Of a DNA stretch of 64,000 bases, positions 56,775 through 64,000 are shown piece by piece. Position numbers and translations under genes: made by a program. How positions within the stretch are numbered: the stretch's first letter is position 1; each line of letters begins with the position of its first letter. The stretch covers positions 32,655-96,654 of the IMG/VR virus record IMGVR_UViG_3300027542_000004; one strand, given 5' to 3'. The notes beneath the pieces were generated by a model. It did no database searches. It saw only the letters and a program-made list of their open reading frames with translations, and was not told where the DNA came from. Source of the DNA: a virus (Duplodnaviria > Caudoviricetes).

Positions 56775-59399
56775 ATGCTACACGCACAGGGAAGCATCAC
56801 TATCAGGCGCAGGCCAAAGGACGGCAATCCGGGAGCGGATGCCGTCCGCTACTGGCTTGTGCCGAGTGTATCCCAAGTTAAGAAAACAGATGATGGAAAA
56901 TATCATCCAACCTCCGTTACTTGTGAAAAACGCAAGCAGACAGGTAATTCAAGCCCCATTGTCACATCTGAGGGTACATTGAAGTATCAGATTGGATATA
57001 CTGATAATTCTACCAGCAACCTCACAAATTATTCCTCAGCTATAACCATCCCTGCAAATTGTCAATGGATTAAGTTTGTGCTTTATGTGAATAATATTGA
57101 TGTTGCTACTGAAACTGTGCCGGTTGTGGCAGATGGCGAAAGTGTCTTTATCTTAGACCTTGACAATGAAATGCAGGGTATCCCTTGCAATTCATCTGGT
57201 ACGCCTACAATTACAGGTACACTTGCTTCCACAAATTCAACTGTATATAAAGGAGCAAGTGTTGATACCGGCTGGACTTTCAGCAAGCAAGATTCCGGAT
57301 GCACATCATCCATCAACTCATCTAACGGAAAGGTTGACGTGTCTGCCATATCAGCGGACAAAGCCTCCGTTACTATTACTGCCAAGAAAGGCACTCAAAC
57401 CCTTAGTGCGGTCATGTCCTTGTATAAGGTTAAGGCTGGAAATGATGGGAACAGCCCCGTCATATACTCAATCGAAGCATCGGTAAGTGCAATCAGTAGA
57501 AATGCTTCAGATACCTTATCTCCGACTTCCATCACAGCATATAAAAATAAGACTGTTGGGACTGCCACAACACGAACCACAGAAAAGACCCTTAAATATA
57601 AGCGAGAGGGTCAGGATTCTACTGAAATCACGTTAAGCGATACAGGTGGCACAATAACCAATATCAGTGCTTCCTGCACAGCCATTCTTTTGAAGTTGTA
57701 TGACACTGATGGGGCAACTTTATTAGACAGTGAAAGAATACCCATTGTCAAGGATGGTAAGAATGGTGAAGACGGTGACGATGCCGTCCGCTACTGGCTT
57801 GTGCCGAGTGTATCCCAAGTTACGAAAACTGCGGCAGGCGTTATATCCCCTACGACTGTTTCATGCAATGTGATGAAACAAGTGGGAGATGCACAGGCTG
57901 AATCGGTAACAGACCTTTTCGCCATATATAGAACCATCGGCACATCAAATATTATATCGCTATGGAAAAAATACACTCCTAATACTGATATAACCATTTC
58001 CGCTTCAACCAAACAAGTGATATTCCAGCTTTATAAAACAGGAAGTGTTACGGCCGGTGTAGTATCAGGAACGGGTGCGATGTTGGACACAGTAACAATT
58101 CCGGTTGTTTTTGATGGAAAAGAGGGAAATCCCGGGCCGCAAGGTCTTCAAGGCTGTATATTCAGACGTTCCAAATTTGCCACCGGATTTGAGTATCATA
58201 ATGATTCAGCACTGACGGATACGGGATTAAGGTATATAGATTTAGTGTATCTTATGACAGATAACACCATATATGCTTCTCATGCTAAGTGGTTTAGATG
58301 TAAAAAGACCCATTCATCTACTGAAAGCAATGCTCCACAACTCACAAACAATGGAACTGAGTCTTGGCTTGAATTTTGGGAGCCATTAAATACTATGGTT
58401 CCTATATATACACCCTTATTGCTTGCTGATGATGCAATAATTACTTTAATGCAATCCAATCAAATTCTGATAGAGAATGACGAGGGTGTGATTACCGCCG
58501 GTATGTCAGGTTCTTTGGCTGGTAAGAAGATTCGTATATGGGCAGGTTCAACAACACCGGATAACGCACCCTTTAGGGTTGATGTCGATGGTAATCTGGT
58601 AGCAACCAAGGCTGACATATCAGGAACTATCAATGCCACATCTGGAAAGATTGCAGGATTCAATATTTCAGGCAGTGCTTTGACAAATGGCCCAGATTTC
58701 TCAAATGATGCCTGTATTATATTCCGTAATGATACCCACAAAACATTTGCTGGAATTGGTGGCAATGTGCTTCCCGCAACAACAGGGAATAGAGCCGTAG
58801 CGCGATTTGAGAATGAGGATTCTAATAATTTTTGGGGTCTTGGTAGAAATATCGCTATGCTTCTTTCTGCTAAAAATGCAGATATAAATCATGCGTTTCT
58901 TGGCACTGGCAATGGCAATCTTGACGGTTGGATTAGTGGTTATCATTATAGTAAATATACTATAAATAGTAGCAATACAATTTATGATGGTTTTTTGAAA
59001 ATATCAAAAAATAACAAGTGGATTGTCTATGCAACTGGTTCATCTTCCGGTATAACACTTCCAACCCTATCACAAGTTCGTAAAGCTCTTGGAATAGGTA
59101 CATCTACGCCATTCTGCATAGAGTTTATTGTTGTTGCTGACTTGAATAGTCAGAATGGCTTCAATATTTATGGTAGATGTAAAAAAGAGGTTACTGTCAA
59201 TGGAGCAAAACAAACACCTTATTTTACCGGTGAATATCCTACTATGACACATTGGAATAATGGTAGGTATGACAACCTTGAGATGGGTGCTGGTGATGCT
59301 GTAACGTTCCTACTTGTTTATGACCCCAATAAAACAGGCGTGCTTGATAAATCCTATACACTGATGTATACAGCAAGGATTATTAACAGACAAAACTGA
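56775..59399 (+). CDS. Tail fibre protein
   Basis: Repeated DG..G.DAV.Y modules, collagen-like GxxG, RIWAG...APFRV. Confidence 0.82.
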   Translation: MLHAQGSITIRRRPKDGNPGADAVRYWLVPSVSQVKKTDDGKYHPTSVTCEKRKQTGNSSPIVTSEGTLKYQIGYTDNSTSNLTNYSSAITIPANCQWIKFVLYVNNIDVATETVPVVADGESVFILDLDNEMQGIPCNSSGTPTITGTLASTNSTVYKGASVDTGWTFSKQDSGCTSSINSSNGKVDVSAISADKASVTITAKKGTQTLSAVMSLYKVKAGNDGNSPVIYSIEASVSAISRNASDTLSPTSITAYKNKTVGTATTRTTEKTLKYKREGQDSTEITLSDTGGTITNISASCTAILLKLYDTDGATLLDSERIPIVKDGKNGEDGDDAVRYWLVPSVSQVTKTAAGVISPTTVSCNVMKQVGDAQAESVTDLFAIYRTIGTSNIISLWKKYTPNTDITISASTKQVIFQLYKTGSVTAGVVSGTGAMLDTVTIPVVFDGKEGNPGPQGLQGCIFRRSKFATGFEYHNDSALTDTGLRYIDLVYLMTDNTIYASHAKWFRCKKTHSSTESNAPQLTNNGTESWLEFWEPLNTMVPIYTPLLLADDAIITLMQSNQILIENDEGVITAGMSGSLAGKKIRIWAGSTTPDNAPFRVDVDGNLVATKADISGTINATSGKIAGFNISGSALTNGPDFSNDACIIFRNDTHKTFAGIGGNVLPATTGNRAVARFENEDSNNFWGLGRNIAMLLSAKNADINHAFLGTGNGNLDGWISGYHYSKYTINSSNTIYDGFLKISKNNKWIVYATGSSSGITLPTLSQVRKALGIGTSTPFCIEFIVVADLNSQNGFNIYGRCKKEVTVNGAKQTPYFTGEYPTMTHWNNGRYDNLEMGAGDAVTFLLVYDPNKTGVLDKSYTLMYTARIINRQN
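56838..57822 (+). repeat. 43-bp perfect direct repeat (56838-56880, 57780-57822)
   Basis: GATGCCGTCCGCTACTGGCTTGTGCCGAGTGTATCCCAAGTTA twice. Confidence 0.9.
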
Positions 59400-59409
59400 T
59401 AGAACGAAT

Positions 59410-59691
59410 ATGAAAATAGACTTCTCAAGAATTGAAATCTTCACGGATGTGGCGCATAAGAATTGTTCCATTTGTGACTTGCGTACACAATTTGCAGATG
59501 TGATATACAATATGGGGCAAGGTGTCGCCGCTCACGCTTTGGCTTTGAAGATATATAATTCAGACGGCCCAACAAACTATACCGACAAGGAAATTCAACA
59601 GATTGAAACCTATATGACCTTATGTAGTCCAGCTTTCATTGATGCAATGAACCGACTTCTGGGACATGAAGCGGAAGTAGTAACAGACTAA
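59410..59691 (+). CDS. Hypothetical protein (possible fibre chaperone)
   Basis: FAD.IY....G.AAHALA.KIY.S.G. Confidence 0.7.
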   Translation: MKIDFSRIEIFTDVAHKNCSICDLRTQFADVIYNMGQGVAAHALALKIYNSDGPTNYTDKEIQQIETYMTLCSPAFIDAMNRLLGHEAEVVTD

Positions 59692-59694
59692 ATG

Positions 59695-59728
59695 AAATCC
59701 CATCTAACATTGATTAGGTGGGATTTTT
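59695..59728 (+). terminator. Intrinsic terminator
   Basis: AAATCCCATCTAA...TTAGGTGGGATTT plus Ts. Confidence 0.7.
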
Positions 59729-59859
59729 ACGACTATTAGATAAAGTCGTAGATTGACGGTGGTTATAATTCTTTAGTTAGAGGAATATAAATACCTTTGG
59801 TTGTCATCTTATTGTAGAATGGCAACCGATTGTAATAACATTTATAAAGACGACAAGTA

Positions 59860-60351
59860 ATGAACGACAATAATCTATTTAGTTCGATTTTTGCTGTATT
59901 GGGTGCTTCCATAACATCCTTTTACGCGCATCTCGCCCCTTGGCTTCTACTGGGCATGATTCTTGTTATCGCAGATTTAAGATTCGGCATCATGGCTGCT
60001 AAAAAACGTGGTGAGAAGATACGTTTTTCACGCGCCATCCGGCGTACCATAAATAAGATGGTCGATTACTTGTGCTGGGTTACACTCGCAGAAGTATGTA
60101 GTATGACCTTTGAGATAACGATTGGTGTACCTGTCATAAGTATGGGTATGCTATTTATCATTTATGGTATTGAGATAAATTCTTGTGTCAATAATTATCT
60201 TGAATATAAAGGCATTAAGAAGAAATTCAATTTTTACAAATTGGTTGGCAAAGAGGAACTTCTTGATGATGTCACCGAAGAAAAGAGGAAAGTGACAATC
60301 ATTGAAGAAAGAGAAGTAACAAAGACATCCCCTAAAGATGATAATCAATAA
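59860..60351 (+). CDS. Holin (phage holin family 4-like)
   Basis: Three hydrophobic segments; DL.FG..AA..RGE....S.A.RRT..K..DY. Confidence 0.8.
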   Translation: MNDNNLFSSIFAVLGASITSFYAHLAPWLLLGMILVIADLRFGIMAAKKRGEKIRFSRAIRRTINKMVDYLCWVTLAEVCSMTFEITIGVPVISMGMLFIIYGIEINSCVNNYLEYKGIKKKFNFYKLVGKEELLDDVTEEKRKVTIIEEREVTKTSPKDDNQ

Positions 60352-60364
60352 TAAAGGGTAGTAT

Positions 60365-60637
60365 ATGGAAAAACAGCTCACATTTAATAAAGACCCTAAA
60401 GGGCATTATATAACGGAGTTCTTGGCAACTGGCAATGATGCTGTACATATTTGTAGAACATCTGGCGCCACTTTAAGAGTTATGGCAGCCATTGGCAATT
60501 TACCGCCCATTCCTATCGTAAAATTTGGTGATGATAGTCCGAAAGACTTGATATTTGAAATTGGCATCTGTGCTGGTGTCAAAGTTTCTATTGTATCACA
60601 ATCGGAAGTAACAGAAGCGCGAATGATTGAATCATAA
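60365..60637 (+). CDS. Hypothetical protein
   Basis: Operon ORF. Confidence 0.6.
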   Translation: MEKQLTFNKDPKGHYITEFLATGNDAVHICRTSGATLRVMAAIGNLPPIPIVKFGDDSPKDLIFEIGICAGVKVSIVSQSEVTEARMIES

Positions 60638-61647
60638 TGGAGAGGAGTTCAGTAAAAATATCCTTGCTCAAAATAGGGTTGTCTAATGTTAGGCTACCCC
60701 AGACACATCTTGCCTTTCATAATCCTTGTACTGTTGAAGTCAAGAAGCCCGTTTTGAAGCAAGAGAATGGTTTCAATTTCTGTCTTGAGAATGGGAAGTC
60801 TTTATTGCTTGAGAAAGATGGAACAAAGTCTTTTGAAGTCATCCCAACAAGGACTCCGGATAATATTATCCTTGAAAATAACAAGAATACACTCCTTGAA
60901 ACAGGTTCAACAATCAAACAAGAAAATAACAACATCAATATGGAAGATAAAGACTTAAAAATAAGTGAACTTATTCCCACTCTTCAACTTGACGGAAACG
61001 AAATCATCCCTTTTGCCAAAGATAATGCTAATGGCAGTTTTCTTGTATCTCTGCTAAAAGCATTTGTAACCGAAGATGTTGCCCCAAAATCAGCATTGAA
61101 TGGGAAACAGAACAAACTGACACCCGGTTACGGCATCGAGATTACAGCAGAAAACGAAATACGGACGAAACTTGATGTATCTCCGTTTGAAATCGTTGAT
61201 GAACTTCCAACATCTGACATCAAGAATAAAATCTATTGCGTACCAGACCCCGATGGAGAAGTCGGCAAGAATGAATATATTGAGTATCTTTGGCTTGGCG
61301 ACCATTGGGAAATCGTTGGCAAATTTATGCCAAAGGTTGACCTCACGCCTTATCTAAAAGCTGCGGATGCTGAAAGGATATATGCAAAAATCTCGGATAT
61401 TCCTGATGTTAGTGGTTTCATTACAACCCAGACATTCAATCTTCTGATTGCGCGTGTGGCCCAGTTGGAAACAAAAATGACTTCGGTTAATACGAAGCTC
61501 TCCTCAATTCCTGAAATCCCGGCTAATGACCAGTGCGCCTATGCAATGCAGAATGGTCAGTGGTCAGAGATTGCCGGAGCTAATGAGGCCGTGGTAACAA
61601 TGACTACGGAGGAAGATACTTCATCTGTTCAGACTTCCAGCGATTAA
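60637..61647 (+). CDS. Hypothetical virion-associated protein
   Basis: KQ.KLT.G.GI.I, V.ELPT.DI...IY, Y.EY.W....WE..G. Confidence 0.65.
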   Translation: MERSSVKISLLKIGLSNVRLPQTHLAFHNPCTVEVKKPVLKQENGFNFCLENGKSLLLEKDGTKSFEVIPTRTPDNIILENNKNTLLETGSTIKQENNNINMEDKDLKISELIPTLQLDGNEIIPFAKDNANGSFLVSLLKAFVTEDVAPKSALNGKQNKLTPGYGIEITAENEIRTKLDVSPFEIVDELPTSDIKNKIYCVPDPDGEVGKNEYIEYLWLGDHWEIVGKFMPKVDLTPYLKAADAERIYAKISDIPDVSGFITTQTFNLLIARVAQLETKMTSVNTKLSSIPEIPANDQCAYAMQNGQWSEIAGANEAVVTMTTEEDTSSVQTSSD

Positions 61648-61663
61648 ACAATTACCCTCTAAT

Positions 61664-62218
61664 ATGAAATCCAAGTTTGTTATCTTCCTTATGGCAATTT
61701 TGTTCATAGGGATGTCGGGATGTCGAAGTCAACGTTATATCCCGGTGGAATCATCCAAGACTGATAGTATTTCACAAAATTCAGAGATTTTGATGCAGCG
61801 TGTTCAGAATCTTCTGAATGAAATCCGAGTGTTGGAACAAAGACGTGATAGCATCTCTGCCCGTGATAGTGTCGCAGTCAGGGATAGCATTGTGCTTCAT
61901 ATTAACGAAGCTGGGGATATAATTTCTAAGGAGCGATACCGCGACCGGATACAGAAAAGCGACCGAACGACTACAACGGAAAATAATAAAACAACAGAAA
62001 TTACTCGTCAATATATCGATAGCCTACTGACAGCACAAAAAACGGAACTGATGGCCCTGATAGAAGAATCCAATCAAATGCCTATGCCGGTTGAAAGACA
62101 GTTGTCAAAATGGGAACAGGTCAAGCAAGAAGTCGGAGGTATTTCTATTGGCATCCTTGTTGTGGTCATAGTGATTGCTGTGATATGGCTAATCAAGAAA
62201 ATAAAGAATCAAAGATAA
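61664..62218 (+). CDS. Lipoprotein with C-terminal TM segment (unimolecular-spanin-like)
   Basis: Lipobox MSGC; C-terminal hydrophobic helix followed by KK. Confidence 0.65.
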   Translation: MKSKFVIFLMAILFIGMSGCRSQRYIPVESSKTDSISQNSEILMQRVQNLLNEIRVLEQRRDSISARDSVAVRDSIVLHINEAGDIISKERYRDRIQKSDRTTTTENNKTTEITRQYIDSLLTAQKTELMALIEESNQMPMPVERQLSKWEQVKQEVGGISIGILVVVIVIAVIWLIKKIKNQR

Positions 62219-62316
62219 TGGCAAACTTTTCTCATTTTGGTTTATTTTGATTCAGGCTCGTTGGGAAACGCACCTGAAAGAAACAAGAAAACGCCCCAAA
62301 AAGGACGTTTTCTTTG

Positions 62317-62340
62317 TTTCTGCCCCACTTTCTGCCCCAC
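62317..62340. repeat. Tandem 12-bp repeat, probable integrase arm-type sites
   Basis: TTTCTGCCCCAC twice, about 35 bp inside the tRNA 3' end. Confidence 0.6.
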
Positions 62341-62374
62341 TATTTTGCAAGTGGTTGATTTTCAGTAAGGGTTG

Positions 62375-62461
62375 CGGAAAGACAGGGATTCGAACCCTGG
62401 GTACACAGAAGTGTACAACGGTTTTCGAGACCGTCCCGTTCGACCGCTCCGGCATCTTTCC
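62375..62461 (-). tRNA. tRNA-Ser (anticodon CGA), prophage integration site
   Basis: GGAAAGA/TCTTTCC acceptor stem, ACGGT-CTCGAAA-ACCGT anticodon arm, long variable arm, GGTTCGAATCC. Confidence 0.95.
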
Positions 62462-62701
62462 TCGGTCGTTTTTGATAGCGGTGCAAAATTACTACTTTTT
62501 TTTGATATCGACGCTATTTTTTTAAATTTTTTTCAATCTTTTATTAGCGGATCGTCTTGTTTGTTCAAGTTTTATTCTGTCTGATAATGCTTTAGAAACG
62601 CCTGCGTTTTGACAAAAAAATTGCAATCCTTTCATGGCAGAAGTGTGCGTCTGATGGATGAGACGAAGAATATATTTCCATGAATAACATCCGTTTCTTT
62701 A

Positions 62702-63877
62702 TTATTCATTGTCAAGATGAATAAGTCTTTTGAAACATTTGATCAATTCTGCATCGCCTGTGTGTTTGCCTTTATCCTCACTGATTTTGCACGTCTGACA
62801 ATAGAATGGCCAAGACTCCGTGATTTTGACATCTGTGAGTTTTATGACGATGTTCATTGGCTTTATTCCATCGAAGTCATTGGTGAAGTGCGTGCCAATT
62901 CCGAAGGATGGAATACATTTCCCTTTGGCATACTCCTGTATCTCCAATGCCTTGTCCACGTTTAGGCCGTTGCTGAAGACCACCTGCTTTGTGGTCGGGT
63001 CGATTTTAAGGGATTCATACTTGCTGATTATCAAATCAAGCTGCTCGAAATTGTCGCCGCTGTCAACCCTAAGCCCTTTGAACATGTTGGCATAATCCTC
63101 GGAGAAATTCAAATTGAATATCTGCCAGCCATACGTGTCGTAAAGAAAAATACCCAAAGCTCCACGATAGGTCTGCGCCCATCTCTCCATTGCTATATGG
63201 TTTGCCATTTGCGGGCCATACATCCCGGCAATAGCACTGATGAATTCATGGGCCATAGTCCCGATGGGAGTGAGGTCGTATTTCATTGCGAAGTAGACGT
63301 TGCTTGTGCCCATGAAACATCCCGGCATACTTCTTGAACGTTGGCATTCCGCCATGGCACCAATCGTCAGATCCTGGGCTTTGAGTGAAGCCCTCCGTCG
63401 TGTCCCCATGTCGCTGAATGTGCAGCCGGCTTCAAGCAGTCTCTTGGCCTTTTCATGGGATTTGTCGTAATATCCGGCAAAATCAAATTCCGCAGCCTGC
63501 CCCGTCATTTCGTAGTATAGCTCGGAGATTATGGCCAGAACCTTTACTTCAAGCAGAATTGTATTGCTCCAGCATCCTTCAAATTCCACAAGCAGATGTC
63601 CTTCCTCATTCTGTGAAGCCTTTACCCAATGACGACTGTATCGGAATCCACGCAAGAAGTTGTAGAACCATGCCGGGATATACCGGCATCTGTAGCGCAT
63701 AAATGCAATTTCTTCCTCTGTGATGGTCAAGGTTTCCAAGAGTGCGACCTGCCGCATCAACTCTTCTGCAAAGCCGGAAGGGTATACCGTATTGTTGCGG
63801 TCGTTGAATCTGTATTTCACCTGAGCACGTGGAAAGTTTTCAATCACGGCGCAGCACATTGTGAATTTATATAACAA
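62702..63877 (-). CDS. pncB: Nicotinate phosphoribosyltransferase (host), N-terminus apparently disrupted
   Basis: LYKFTM, D.GTRRR, GTSN, GTMAHE, R.DSGD, SFGIGT. Confidence 0.88.
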   Translation of the reverse strand: MLYKFTMCCAVIENFPRAQVKYRFNDRNNTVYPSGFAEELMRQVALLETLTITEEEIAFMRYRCRYIPAWFYNFLRGFRYSRHWVKASQNEEGHLLVEFEGCWSNTILLEVKVLAIISELYYEMTGQAAEFDFAGYYDKSHEKAKRLLEAGCTFSDMGTRRRASLKAQDLTIGAMAECQRSRSMPGCFMGTSNVYFAMKYDLTPIGTMAHEFISAIAGMYGPQMANHIAMERWAQTYRGALGIFLYDTYGWQIFNLNFSEDYANMFKGLRVDSGDNFEQLDLIISKYESLKIDPTTKQVVFSNGLNVDKALEIQEYAKGKCIPSFGIGTHFTNDFDGIKPMNIVIKLTDVKITESWPFYCQTCKISEDKGKHTGDAELIKCFKRLIHLDNE

Positions 63878-64000
63878 TAGTTCGTTAAAAATCTGAATTA
63901 GAAATTTATGCTGTAAAACATATCCATATTATTGATTTCCAACAAAATAAGTGTCAATAAAATTTGGTCAAGTGCCAAATTTTTCGTAACTTTATAGTTG

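Larger units (their letters stand above)
1..62375. mobile_element. Temperate tailed prophage (Bacteroidales), right-hand part; left end outside window
   Basis: Terminase, portal, capsid, tail, holin and endolysin genes; phage genes end at the 3' end of a tRNA-Ser gene, beyond which lies host pncB. Confidence 0.93.

Noticed and set aside
62247-62584. ORFs at 62247, 62252 and 62372
   Set aside because: Shadow ORFs over the tRNA-Ser gene and att region

Overview
Positions 1 to about 62375 are the right-hand part of a large temperate siphovirus-like prophage of a Bacteroidales host (TAnnTTTG promoters, A/C-rich leaders without a Shine-Dalgarno). It is integrated at the 3' end of tRNA-Ser(CGA). 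Host pncB follows and appears 5'-disrupted. The morphogenesis genes are split into three blocks: terminase-portal (3.6-7.0 kb), head-neck-tail tube (27.6-32.8 kb) and tail tip/fibres/lysis (47.9-62.2 kb). Two large accessory regions lie between them, built from small-gene operons and four Xre-HTH divergons. No tape-measure or integrase gene is visible in the window. Main observations: (1) An RlmN/Cfr-like radical SAM gene lacks the resolving cysteine, and its AACGQL catalytic-cysteine tail is a separate 39-aa gene, a possible peptide-to-RNA tagging system. (2) The major capsid, tail tube and one other gene appear to begin at YGA-GTT-RAA with no ATG, in a phage that carries its own Met-tRNA formyltransferase homolog. 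(3) A candidate sRNA is antisense to a leader shared by several accessory operons. (4) A DGR has a clear TR/VR pair but an internally deleted RT, and there is a second orphan VR-like target. Family assignments come from motif recognition by eye, with no database searches.
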